64,000 nt of DNA from Hyalangium minutum (GTDB lineage Bacteria > Myxococcota > Myxococcia > Myxococcales > Myxococcaceae): NCBI RefSeq assembly GCF_000737315.1, contig NZ_JMCB01000003.1, positions 1,165,043 to 1,229,042 of the forward strand, read 5' to 3'. Position numbers and translations under genes: made by a program. This document shows positions 37,275-46,638 of the stretch, in pieces; position 1 is the first letter of the stretch, and every line of letters starts with the position of its first letter. The notes under the pieces are model-generated. The model had not been told where the DNA came from, searched no databases, and was given only the letters and a program-made list of their open reading frames with translations.

Positions 37275-37376
37275 GGACGGCCACGCATGCTAGCGGCGCC
37301 TCCGGCTCGGGTCACGTCCCCTGACCGCGATTCTCCGCCCAGGGCCCCCCGCCAGCCGCCTTCGGTGGAAACTTCT

Positions 37377-38699
37377 TCAGGGAGCCGAGGCCCCTCGCCG
37401 GTTGACAACGACGTAGGGCAGCTGGCTCTTGAGCGTGCAGGAGGTGGACCGGTAGGAGCTGTTGGCGAGGTTGAGGACGCGCCATGTAGCTCTGGCCGCC
37501 ACCACCTCCTTGGTCTCGCCGGGCTTGAGCGCCACCGCCAAGCTGTCCGCCCGGAACTCGGTGCGCTGGTGGCTCCGCTTCCCGCAGGTGGAGTCGTCGC
37601 AGCCCACGGATCCGGGCAACGAGGCCACGGTGAAAGGGCTGGTGTCCTCGCTGGCGAGGAGCATGCCCAGCTGTGCCGGATCCGCCGCCAGGAGCAGGGC
37701 CCCGCTGGTGTCACGGATCGTGACGGCCCGGTTCTCGGGGAGAGAAGAGGTGGACGCATCCACGACGCGCACCGTCAAGAACTCGCCCACGTTGAGCGCC
37801 ACGGTGGCCTCCGAGGGGACGGAGATGGAGAGGCTTGCCTTGTACTCGCCGGAGGGAGCAGCCGGGCGCGAGAGCTGGAGCGTCATGGCGCCATTGGAGT
37901 AGCGCACGGAGGTGAGCGTGCCGGAGCCGTTGAAGATCCGCCGCCCCCCTGCCCCGGTGCTGCGTGAGAAGAAGCCGGAGACGCCCTGCTCCTCGGGCTC
38001 GAGCACCCGCACCTGCCAGGCGCCTCCCACGGCCGGGAAGGTGTGCGCCGGGCACGTGGTGGTGCACACGCCCTCGAGGCACAGTGCGGGCACGGTGCAC
38101 TCCGAGTCCTGGGTGCACGAGGCCGGTGGCTGCGGGCGGATCTCCGCCTGGCCGTCGGCGATGATGAACTCCTGCTGCACGCAGACTTGAGACTCCACGG
38201 GGAAGACGCCCGGAACGGGCGCACCGCCGTTGGTAGGACCCAAGCCGGGCACGGACACCGCATAGCAGAGCTGCAGCCGCAGGGGCTCATCGAGCGGCGG
38301 CACGTCCTCCTCCATGCACGGGGTGGAGTCGGGGAGGATCCCGCAGCCGGAGGTATCGCGCGCGAAGTGGACGATGCCCTCCCACGTCCGCGCCACCGTC
38401 GTGCCCGGGAGCACCTTGAGCACCAGGGGCTGCCGCGGCGCCTCGAGGGGGCACTGACAGTCCGAGTCGCAGAAGCGATCACAGGAGTTGCACTCGCAGC
38501 CCAGCGTCTCCTCGAACGGGAGCCAGACATTGGCCTGCTGGCGCTGCAGACTCAGGCCCTGCTTGCCCAGCGTGGCGTCGACGAAGATGGCCTGGGAGGT
38601 GTCGTTGCGCAGGCGCAAGGTGACGGGCGTCGGAGTCTCCGTGCCGCACTGGCAGCCAGTGACGGCAAGGCACAACAGGAAGACGTGAATGGGTTTCAT
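37377..38699 (-). CDS. Cys-containing lipoprotein of unknown function
   Basis: MKPIHVFLLCLAVTG-C lipobox; CECNSCDRFCDSDCQC and CTQDSECTVPALCLEGVC motifs. Confidence 0.8.
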   Translation of the reverse strand: MKPIHVFLLCLAVTGCQCGTETPTPVTLRLRNDTSQAIFVDATLGKQGLSLQRQQANVWLPFEETLGCECNSCDRFCDSDCQCPLEAPRQPLVLKVLPGTTVARTWEGIVHFARDTSGCGILPDSTPCMEEDVPPLDEPLRLQLCYAVSVPGLGPTNGGAPVPGVFPVESQVCVQQEFIIADGQAEIRPQPPASCTQDSECTVPALCLEGVCTTTCPAHTFPAVGGAWQVRVLEPEEQGVSGFFSRSTGAGGRRIFNGSGTLTSVRYSNGAMTLQLSRPAAPSGEYKASLSISVPSEATVALNVGEFLTVRVVDASTSSLPENRAVTIRDTSGALLLAADPAQLGMLLASEDTSPFTVASLPGSVGCDDSTCGKRSHQRTEFRADSLAVALKPGETKEVVAARATWRVLNLANSSYRSTSCTLKSQLPYVVVNRRGASAP

Positions 38700-38880
38700 G
38701 GGATTGGACCTGCGGCGCTCATCCCAGCCGGCCCTGGCGCCATGAGCGCGGATGATGCCCGGCACTGCCGAGGCCCGCAAACGGGAGTACGACTTTTGTG
38801 TCGCACTTTGGCGAAGCGAGGTGACCGTGAGGCGGCCATGAACTTGCGAGGCCCGAGGGGCTTACGACATCCTCGGTGCC

Positions 38881-39957
38881 ATGAAGCTTCGTCTCGGCCT
38901 GCTGCTCGTAGCGCTCGGGGCCTTCGCTGGGTGTGACGATGTTGGCGGCGAGGTGGGCCGAGGGGAAGCCGTGCCCGCCGTCGCCCCGCCGCGCCTGTCC
39001 CCTGTCGAGCTGCTCCCTCCGGTCGTGGATCGCTCCGTCACCCAGCGCGTCGAGGTGAGGGATCCGCCTGCCATTCCTGCGGTGCAGGTGGACGTGCAGC
39101 GCCAGGCGGACGGCATCGTCGACATCCTCTGGGTGGTGGACGACTCCGGCTCGATGGCCAACCAGCGGCAGACGCTGACCAACAACTTCTCGCGCTTCCT
39201 GCAGGAGCTGCTGGCGCTGCAGGTGCGCTTCCACATCGGCGTCATCTCCACGAACTACAACGATCGGGGAACGCTGCGCGGCACCACGAAGGTCATCACC
39301 AACGACACGCCGAACCCGCAGCAGGTCTTCTTGCAGAACACCAGCTTCCCGAACGCCTCGCGCGTGCGCCTGGAGCAGGGCCTGCGCATGGTGGAGCTGG
39401 CGCTCACCGAGCCCAACCTCAGCGGCCCGAACAAGGACTTCCTACGGCCGAACGCCGCGCTCGCCGTCATCGCGGTCACGGACGAGGACGACAGCTCCTA
39501 CGGGGATCCGAACTACTACGCGCGCTTCCTTCGCAGCCTGAAGGGGCCGGGCAACGAGAACCTCTCGTCGCTCTCGGTCATCGGAGGCACCACGCCGGAC
39601 GGCTGCTACCCGCCGGGCGAGGAGATCTACTTCGGCGGCCGGGCGGATCCGGCCTTCCGCTACAGCACCGCGGCGACGAAGACGGGCGGCATCATCGGCT
39701 CCATCTGCGACGTGTCCTTCGAGGCGACACTGTTGAAGATCGCCGCCGCGCTCAACACCCTGCGCCGTGTCTTCCCGCTGTCGCTGAAGCCGGACCCGGC
39801 GACGATCACCGTGCGGGTCAACGGCAACCTGATCTCGAAGGACGTGGTGAACGGGTGGCAGTATCGCGCGGAGACACAGAGCATCATCTTCCTGGGCAAC
39901 TACGTGCCACCTCCGGGCGCGCTCCTGCGCTTCGAGTACGCCTTCGTGATCCCCTGA
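38881..39957 (+). CDS. von Willebrand factor A (VWA) domain lipoprotein
   Basis: Lipobox FAG-C; DILWVVDDSGSM MIDAS motif; LAVIAVTDEDD. Confidence 0.88.
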   Translation: MKLRLGLLLVALGAFAGCDDVGGEVGRGEAVPAVAPPRLSPVELLPPVVDRSVTQRVEVRDPPAIPAVQVDVQRQADGIVDILWVVDDSGSMANQRQTLTNNFSRFLQELLALQVRFHIGVISTNYNDRGTLRGTTKVITNDTPNPQQVFLQNTSFPNASRVRLEQGLRMVELALTEPNLSGPNKDFLRPNAALAVIAVTDEDDSSYGDPNYYARFLRSLKGPGNENLSSLSVIGGTTPDGCYPPGEEIYFGGRADPAFRYSTAATKTGGIIGSICDVSFEATLLKIAAALNTLRRVFPLSLKPDPATITVRVNGNLISKDVVNGWQYRAETQSIIFLGNYVPPPGALLRFEYAFVIP

Positions 39958-39965
39958 GGCCGCCC

Positions 39966-41366
39966 GTGAACCGCTCCCCTGCCCTGCTCTTGCTTGCGTT
40001 CCTGGCCATGGTGGGCCTGTCAGCCTGCGCGCGGACGGCCCTCACCCCCGAGTGCCCCGTGGGCTACATCGCCAACGGCGACACGTGCGAGTGCCTCACG
40101 GATCAGGCCTGTCCCACGGGCATGCGGTGCGAGGCCGGCGTGTGTGCCTGCCGCGACACCGCGTGCTGTCCGGAGGGCCACGAGTACTCGCCCACGAGCG
40201 AGTCCTGTGTCTGCCGGGATGACTCCTGCTGCCCCGCGGGCCACGTGTGGAACGCCCAGGAGAACCGCTGCGAGTGCGGAGATCAGGAGTGCTGCCCCTC
40301 GGGCTACACCTTCGACACCCAGGCGGGTGGGTGCCGCTGCACGGCGGACAACTGCTGCCCGCAGGGCTTCCGGTACGACGCGACGGCCGAGCGCTGCGTG
40401 TGCAACTCGGACGAGTGCTGCCCGGTGGATCACCGCTACGATCCCGAGCGCAAGGACTGTGTCTGCGCGAAGACCTCGTGCTGCCCGGTGGACCACACGT
40501 ACAGCGCCTCGGTGAAGGCGTGCGTGTGCAACGGCGACTCGTGCTGCCCCACGGGGTACCGGAAGGATCCGTCCAAGGAGCGCTGCGTGTGCATCAGCGA
40601 CGCGGCCTGTGGCACGGGCAAGTTCTGCGATGCGGTGTCGGGCGGGTGCCTGTGCCGCGACAACTCGGGGTGCAAGCCGGGCCAGTACTGCAACGGGCTG
40701 GGCTTCTGCCAGGCGCTCGGCAACTGCACGACGAACGCGGACTGCCCGGCGGGAAACTTCTGTGACATCACCACGGACCGCTGCATCCCCAGCGGGCCCT
40801 GCACGCTCGACGAGCACTGCGGCTTCGGCCAGCTGTGCGATTCGCAGACGGCGCGCTGCCGCCCCGGGTGCCGCCGGGACGCGGACTGTGCCGACAAGCA
40901 GGCGTGCGAGGGGGGCCAGTGCCGGGACTACTGCCGCCTCAACGCCAGCTGCGACGTGAACCAGTTCTGCACGCCGGCCAACGGCGTCTGCGCGGCGCAA
41001 TCCAGCCGGGTGGACTGCCGGGACTGCACGGGCTCCTCGGGTGTGTGTGGCTCGGGGGCCTCGTGCCTGACGTTCATCAGCGAGGGCCAGACGCGGAACT
41101 TCTGCGGGACGCACTGCACGAGTAACGAGGAGTGCCCCTCGGGCTTCGACTGCACCGAGGTGATCTTCTCCTGCACCACGGGCGAGGGCGGCGCTTGCCC
41201 CGCGGACAGCAGCGCACCGGGCCAGACTTTCACCTGCAAGGGCTACCAGGTGGAGAATGAGGCAGGCACCCGCTTCTACTGTGCGGACGCCGGGGGTCAG
41301 CCGCACGTCTACATCCAGGCCTGTGCCCCACTGTCTGGCTTCTGCCCCGCCACGGAATTGCCGTAA
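39966..41366 (+). CDS. Cysteine-rich repeat lipoprotein
   Basis: GTG start, lipobox LSA-C; 7 tandem 21-aa CxCxxxxCCPxGxxY repeats followed by Cys-rich modules. Confidence 0.85.
   Translation: MNRSPALLLLAFLAMVGLSACARTALTPECPVGYIANGDTCECLTDQACPTGMRCEAGVCACRDTACCPEGHEYSPTSESCVCRDDSCCPAGHVWNAQENRCECGDQECCPSGYTFDTQAGGCRCTADNCCPQGFRYDATAERCVCNSDECCPVDHRYDPERKDCVCAKTSCCPVDHTYSASVKACVCNGDSCCPTGYRKDPSKERCVCISDAACGTGKFCDAVSGGCLCRDNSGCKPGQYCNGLGFCQALGNCTTNADCPAGNFCDITTDRCIPSGPCTLDEHCGFGQLCDSQTARCRPGCRRDADCADKQACEGGQCRDYCRLNASCDVNQFCTPANGVCAAQSSRVDCRDCTGSSGVCGSGASCLTFISEGQTRNFCGTHCTSNEECPSGFDCTEVIFSCTTGEGGACPADSSAPGQTFTCKGYQVENEAGTRFYCADAGGQPHVYIQACAPLSGFCPATELP
40143..40583 (+). repeat. 7 x 63-bp diverged tandem repeat encoding CxC-x4-CCP units
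   Basis: First unit TGT at 40143; eighth (partial) unit TGC at 40584, exact 63-nt period. Confidence 0.9.
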
Positions 41367-41418
41367 CACACCTCGTCAAAACCAGTGACTGTGGGCACTT
41401 GGGAGGAGAACCCTGCCT

Positions 41419-41802
41419 ATGAGCGGATCCACCGTGAATCAGCATCCTTCCGTGATGTTCGAGATCATTGCCCGTGATCAAGAGAAGGCCAAAGCCTTCT
41501 ACACAGCCGTGTTCGGCTGGTCTTACGAGATCGGAACCGGCGGCTTCGCGTACATCCATTTTCCACGGCACTCGACGCCGCTCCTCGGAGGCATCGGCCA
41601 GGTCCAAAAGGGCGTGCCGGGCTTCGAACCGGGTCACAACTTCTACCTGCTCGTCGATTCGCTCGAAGCCACGATCCAGAAGGCTGTCGAGGCAGGCGGC
41701 ACGAAGTTCGTCGATCCGGTCAGCGTGGACGGCTATCGTTTCGCGATGATCCGGGACCCCGAAGGCAACCCGATCGGCCTCATCGAGCCCTTCACACGCT
41801 GA
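41419..41802 (+). CDS. VOC / glyoxalase-bleomycin resistance family protein
   Basis: VMFEIIARDQEKAKAFYTAVFGW...RFAMIRDPEGNPIGL. Confidence 0.9.
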   Translation: MSGSTVNQHPSVMFEIIARDQEKAKAFYTAVFGWSYEIGTGGFAYIHFPRHSTPLLGGIGQVQKGVPGFEPGHNFYLLVDSLEATIQKAVEAGGTKFVDPVSVDGYRFAMIRDPEGNPIGLIEPFTR

Positions 41803-41839
41803 CGCATCACCTGCCCCGTCTTCTCCAGGAGAATCCGCC

Positions 41840-43801
41840 ATGAGTTATCTCAACGCGCTCCGGCTGCATTTCGCGGGGCGCTTCCAAGCGAACGTCTCGA
41901 CGGTCAACAACGACCCGGGCCACTACGACAACACGATCTTCCAGCAGAGCTACCAGCAGATGGAGGGCGTGAACATGAACCCGCCCAACGGCTGGTTCAA
42001 TCCGCAGGGCGACGCCGACTGGCGCTTCCTGGGCTGCAAGATCACGTCGGCATGGATGCCTGGGCCGCAGAACCCACCGACGGTCCCCTCTGTCGCAGTG
42101 CCCACCAGTGATCCAGTCCTGGCCTGCATCATCGCCGACTCTGACCAGCGGGCACCGGCCAAGCTGGCCGATCTCGATCCCGAACAGCAGCTGGTCTCGG
42201 AAATCTGGGGACTGCAGGTGCGGATTGCCGACGCCACCGGCAATACCTTAATGCGCGGCGACTTCGAGCACGTGGCGTTCATCGACATCTGGGATCGCGC
42301 TACGGTCTCTTCTGGCGGCGACGCCGACGCCGGCGCCGTGTACCAGTCGGTGCTGAAGAACCTGCAATGGGGCGATGTCTCGAAGTCGCCGTTCCTGCTC
42401 GCGCTGCAGAAGGCGGCGAGTGACGGGCTGCTGTCGATCAAGTTCAACGTCGACGCCTTCAACCTCGACTACACCCGGCCCGGCTTCATGACCGGACGGA
42501 TTGCGGGCACGATCGGGCCGGCGAGCAAAGATGAACCGATGCACCTGGTGATCGGCCGGCAGTTCATGGCCGGTCCGAACGCGGGCGGCAACTTCTACAA
42601 GCCGCCGGGCGGCATCAACTATTGCGCCGCGCGTGTCGATGCCAACGCGAACTGCATCTATCTCGACCTCGGCAACGCGCTGCCGACGGCAGCTGGCGGC
42701 GCGATGGAGGATCTCGGCGATCTCACGCTCAGCGTCTCCTCTCCGGCCTCTGGCAGCACGACCGCGCTCGGCACCATCCCCGCGAAGGGAACGAACGGCT
42801 ACGCCATACCCGATGGCAGCTGGTATTCGAAGACCGCCGGTGTCGTCGTGCTGCCGATCAATCCGCAGTTGATGAGCCAGGTACAGACCCAGCCCCTCAC
42901 CCTGTCGGGCAATCCGAAGGTGACCATCAGCGAATGGCCGAGCGGCGCTTTCGTGCGCGCCGACACGTTCGTCTACCGCCTCAGCCCCGGCGATACCGCG
43001 TCGATCCCGGTCTATGCGATGCAGTTCGGGCAGCCCTTGCCGAAGGTTCAGATCTCCTTCGTCGCAGATTCTTCACAGTTGCAGGCGCAGGAGGGCTCTG
43101 GCTTCCCGTTCGTCATCACCAGCCCGAACGTCGCAACACCCGCGAACGCGATCCAATTCGCGGCCAGCGCCACCACCAATGAACAGGGTTGCGCCACGCT
43201 CGCGCTGACCGCCAAGGATCCCGGCACCCCGCGCAACTTCAACATCACGCCGGCCAATCCGACGGGTGACTACGGCATTGATGGCCAGGTCTATGGCGTG
43301 CGCGCGGGATTCGTCGACACCCAGACGTACGGCAGCCAGCCCGAGAACCAGTGGAACTTCATCAGCTTCCTGGTGTGGAGCGGCTTCACGCCCAAGTCCC
43401 CCGGCAACCCGACCTGGAACGACGACCTGCAGCCGATCTTCACGCAGTACGCGAACCTGTATCCCGTGATGAGCCGCTTCCTGAACCTGTCCGACTACGC
43501 GTCGGTGAAGGCCAACAGCGGCCTGCTGTCGCTGGCGTTCGGCTTGAACGTGGCGAATCCGAACTCGATGCCGGTGACGCGAGACCTGTCGCCCGCGAAG
43601 CGCCAGGCGATCCTGCAATGGCTGCAGAACGGCCTGCCGCTCGGCGAGGCGCCACCGCCCAAGGCATCGGCGCGTGTCGCACTGCCGCAACCCACCCCGC
43701 CTGCCACCGCGACGCCAACCCCCCCCAAGAAGGGCGGTAAAGCCATGGCGGCTGCGCGTCGGCTGGTGGTGCAGAAGACCCGCAAAGGAGAGCGCTCATG
43801 A
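41840..43801 (+). CDS. Protein resembling the N-terminal and central part of VioB/RebD/StaD-family enzymes
   Basis: N-terminus MSYLNALRLHFAGRFQANVSTVNND resembles VioB (PRIHFRG..VNAPTANRD, from recall); C-terminal YANLYPVM...MPVTRDLSPAKR motif. Confidence 0.65.
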   Translation: MSYLNALRLHFAGRFQANVSTVNNDPGHYDNTIFQQSYQQMEGVNMNPPNGWFNPQGDADWRFLGCKITSAWMPGPQNPPTVPSVAVPTSDPVLACIIADSDQRAPAKLADLDPEQQLVSEIWGLQVRIADATGNTLMRGDFEHVAFIDIWDRATVSSGGDADAGAVYQSVLKNLQWGDVSKSPFLLALQKAASDGLLSIKFNVDAFNLDYTRPGFMTGRIAGTIGPASKDEPMHLVIGRQFMAGPNAGGNFYKPPGGINYCAARVDANANCIYLDLGNALPTAAGGAMEDLGDLTLSVSSPASGSTTALGTIPAKGTNGYAIPDGSWYSKTAGVVVLPINPQLMSQVQTQPLTLSGNPKVTISEWPSGAFVRADTFVYRLSPGDTASIPVYAMQFGQPLPKVQISFVADSSQLQAQEGSGFPFVITSPNVATPANAIQFAASATTNEQGCATLALTAKDPGTPRNFNITPANPTGDYGIDGQVYGVRAGFVDTQTYGSQPENQWNFISFLVWSGFTPKSPGNPTWNDDLQPIFTQYANLYPVMSRFLNLSDYASVKANSGLLSLAFGLNVANPNSMPVTRDLSPAKRQAILQWLQNGLPLGEAPPPKASARVALPQPTPPATATPTPPKKGGKAMAAARRLVVQKTRKGERS

Positions 43802-44856
43802 TCCGCCTTCAACGTTCCCTCATCGAAGGGCTGAAGTCGTCCATCCCCGAGATATTGCTCCAGGCGCTGCGGCAGGCGCTGCAACAGGCGGTGATGCTGG
43901 AACACTCCACCATCCCGGTCTACCTCTACGGGCTGTATTCGCTGGACGAAAGCAAGAACGGGGCGATCGCGGAGATCCTGCAGTCGGTGGTGGTCGAGGA
44001 AATGCTGCACATGACGCTGGCGGCCAACGTGCTCAACGCACTCGGCGGCTCGCCCGCGATCGATACGCCGGACTTCATTCCGACCTATCCGGGCAACCTT
44101 CCCGGCAGCGTCGAGAGCAGCCTGGTCGTGCATCTGCGGCCGTTCTCGCAGGATCAGCTGATGACCTATCTGCAGATCGAGCAGCCGGCCAAGGCGATCG
44201 ACATCCCGTCGGATGCGCAGTCCGCGGACGACGGCATCACCATTGGTCAGTTCTACGATGCGCTCGCGGCGGCGATCACGGTGCTCGCGGTGATCGACCC
44301 CAAGGCGTTTGTCAATCCGGCGCGCAACCAGGTCGGACCGGACTTGATGTGGGGTTCGGTCATCGTCACCGACGCCGCCTCCGCGCGGAAGGCGATCGCG
44401 ACCATCGTTGAGCAGGGCGAGGGCTCGAAGGTCTCGCCCGACGAATCCACGGACGGTCCCCCCGCGCATTACTACCGCTTCATGCAGATCTACGCCGGCG
44501 CGATGCTCCAATCCGCTCCGGGCAAGACACCCCCGTGGGCCTACAGCGGTGCTCCGGTCTTGATGGACGTCGAAGGCATCTACCCAGTGCCGAACAACCC
44601 CAAGGCCGCGAACTATGCGCCCGGCTCGGCGCAGGCCCTCGCCAACGACATGTTCAACTACACGTACACCTCGCTGCTGAAGGCGCTGCATGCGCTGTTC
44701 AACGGCCAGAACACCCAGGATCAGCTGAACGTGGCGATCGGGTTGATGATGTCGCTCAAGGGGCAGGCGAAGGCGATGATGGCGGGCATTCCCAACCCGT
44801 CCGCGCCCTACACCGGACCGAGCTTCGAATACAAACCGGTGCTCCCGGCGCGCTGA
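43798..44856 (+). CDS. Ferritin-like domain protein (type found at the VioB C-terminus)
   Basis: LEHSTIPVYLY, EEMLH, IEQP, TIGQFY, EQGEG, HYYRF; ATGA overlap with upstream stop. Confidence 0.85.
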   Translation: MIRLQRSLIEGLKSSIPEILLQALRQALQQAVMLEHSTIPVYLYGLYSLDESKNGAIAEILQSVVVEEMLHMTLAANVLNALGGSPAIDTPDFIPTYPGNLPGSVESSLVVHLRPFSQDQLMTYLQIEQPAKAIDIPSDAQSADDGITIGQFYDALAAAITVLAVIDPKAFVNPARNQVGPDLMWGSVIVTDAASARKAIATIVEQGEGSKVSPDESTDGPPAHYYRFMQIYAGAMLQSAPGKTPPWAYSGAPVLMDVEGIYPVPNNPKAANYAPGSAQALANDMFNYTYTSLLKALHALFNGQNTQDQLNVAIGLMMSLKGQAKAMMAGIPNPSAPYTGPSFEYKPVLPAR

Positions 44857-44860
44857 GCGC

Positions 44861-45874
44861 TCACGCCGTTGGCGAAGAAGGCCGCAGGTCCACGGGCATG
44901 TGCTCGAGGACCTCGGCCGCGAGAGGCAGACCTGCCACGGCGCCCAGCCGCTCGACAACGCGCGAACCCACGACACAGGCGAAGGAGACCAGCTCTGTGA
45001 TCGACTGCAGGGTGGCTCCGCGCAGCGAGTGCGCGTCTGTGTACCGGCGCGTGAGCCCGTACAGCATGGCGGCCACGAAGCCGTCTCCAGCGCCAGTGGT
45101 GTCCAGGACACGGGCGGGCGGCGCGGAAACGTGGATGATCTCGCCCTTCCACGAGAAGGCGGCCCCCTTCTCCCCGAGTGTCACCACGGGCAGCGAGATG
45201 CCCAGGCCCAACAGGAAGTCGATGGCCTCGCGCACGCTGCTGGAGCCGGTGACGATGGGCATCTCCTCCTCGGAGATCTTCACCACGTGGCACAGCGGCA
45301 GCAGGTGATGCAGGACACGCTTCGCCTCGCTCGGATCCGCCCAAGCATGAAGGCGCAGGTTGGGATCACAGTGGATGATCCCCCCTGCCCCGCGCACGCG
45401 CTCCAGAGCGCGCTCCATGGCGGTGCGAGCCTCGAGCAAGTGCAGCGAGTTGGAGCCCCAGTGCAGCACCCGCGTGCGCGCGAGGAACTCCGGGTGCACG
45501 TCCTGCTCCCCGAGGAGCAACTCCGCGGACCGCGTGCGGAAGTACGTGAAGCTGCGCTCCCCCTTCGCATCGAGGGAGATGAACACGAGCCCTGTACGAG
45601 CCTCCTTCGTCTGCCGGACGTGGCTCACGTCCACACCCTCGGCCGCGAGGCGCTCGCGCAGCAGATGACCGAACTCATCCGAGCCCAGCACGGACACCAG
45701 CCCCGAGCGAGCCCCGAGCCGCGCCAACCCTACGGACACGTTGGCCAGCGACCCGCCAATGCACGGAGACCAGGAGGATACTTCGCGCACGCGACGCCCG
45801 GACTCGGCGGGGAGAAAGTCCACCAACGTCTCGCCCATGCAGACGACATCGAGCGGCGGCGCTACATCTGTCAT
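44861..45874 (-). CDS. PfkB-family carbohydrate kinase (fructokinase-like)
   Basis: GETLVDF, GGSLANV, DPNLR, DTTGAGDGF. Confidence 0.92.
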   Translation of the reverse strand: MTDVAPPLDVVCMGETLVDFLPAESGRRVREVSSWSPCIGGSLANVSVGLARLGARSGLVSVLGSDEFGHLLRERLAAEGVDVSHVRQTKEARTGLVFISLDAKGERSFTYFRTRSAELLLGEQDVHPEFLARTRVLHWGSNSLHLLEARTAMERALERVRGAGGIIHCDPNLRLHAWADPSEAKRVLHHLLPLCHVVKISEEEMPIVTGSSSVREAIDFLLGLGISLPVVTLGEKGAAFSWKGEIIHVSAPPARVLDTTGAGDGFVAAMLYGLTRRYTDAHSLRGATLQSITELVSFACVVGSRVVERLGAVAGLPLAAEVLEHMPVDLRPSSPTA

Positions 45875-45895
45875 GGGAGCCCCTCCCGGGCTGCG

Positions 45896-46630
45896 TCAGT
45901 CCAGCCCCACCTGAGCCATGAAGTCGACGCTCTTGAGGCGCCGGCCGAGGTGGTGCGCGATGAAGATGTTGAGCAGGCCGCGAGCCCGGGCACGCAGCTC
46001 CGGCGGCAGCGGCGTGCGCTGGCCTTCCTGGAGCGCGCGAAGTCCCGACAGCAGCGCAGGAGGAATCGCCACGGCATCCCGAGCCCGGCCACTGCACGGC
46101 TCGCACACCGCGCCGCCGTGGGTCTGGTCGAAGCGCGGCTGCTCGCCCGGAGGCCCGTCACAGAGCGTGCACGCGTCGAAGCGCGGCATGAGTCCCGCGT
46201 GGGCCAAGGCGGACAGCTCGAAGGCGAGAAGCGAGGTGGGGCCCGCCTCCTTGGCATCCAGCCGGCCGAGATACTCCTCCAACAGGGCGAACAGCTCCGG
46301 GTGGGGCTCGTGGTCGCGGGTCAGCTCGCGGCACAGCTCCACGGCGTACAGGGCGCGGGCGATCAGCGACAGGTCCTGCCGGGCTGAGTAGTAGCCAGCC
46401 TCGATGTCGGCGGAGTCCAGCCGCACGGTGCTGCCGCGCGTCTCCACGAGTTGCACGCGCAGGCGCATGAAGGGCTCGAGCGCTCCGGCGAAGCGCCGCT
46501 TGCTCTTGCGCGCCCCTGCGGCGAAGGCGGTGAGCTTTCCATGCTCGCGGGTGAGGAGCGTCACGAGACGGTCAGCCTCACCGTAGTCCAGGGTGGACAG
46601 CACGAGCGCTTCGTCGACGAACCGCTCCAT
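45896..46630 (-). CDS. recO: DNA repair protein RecO with C4 zinc finger
   Basis: YGEADRLVTLLTREHGK, GARKSKRRF, CTLC...CEPC. Confidence 0.95.
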   Translation of the reverse strand: MERFVDEALVLSTLDYGEADRLVTLLTREHGKLTAFAAGARKSKRRFAGALEPFMRLRVQLVETRGSTVRLDSADIEAGYYSARQDLSLIARALYAVELCRELTRDHEPHPELFALLEEYLGRLDAKEAGPTSLLAFELSALAHAGLMPRFDACTLCDGPPGEQPRFDQTHGGAVCEPCSGRARDAVAIPPALLSGLRALQEGQRTPLPPELRARARGLLNIFIAHHLGRRLKSVDFMAQVGLD

Positions 46631-46638
46631 GGCCTGAC

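Noticed and set aside
38881-41366. Assignment as cglB or traA
   Set aside because: The VWA protein lacks the features I recall for CglB; the Cys-rich protein is a lipoprotein with no PA14-like domain or MYXO-CTERM tail
41840-44856. Violacein or indolocarbazole biosynthetic cluster
   Set aside because: No vioA/C/D/E, rebO/staO, P450 or halogenase genes adjacent
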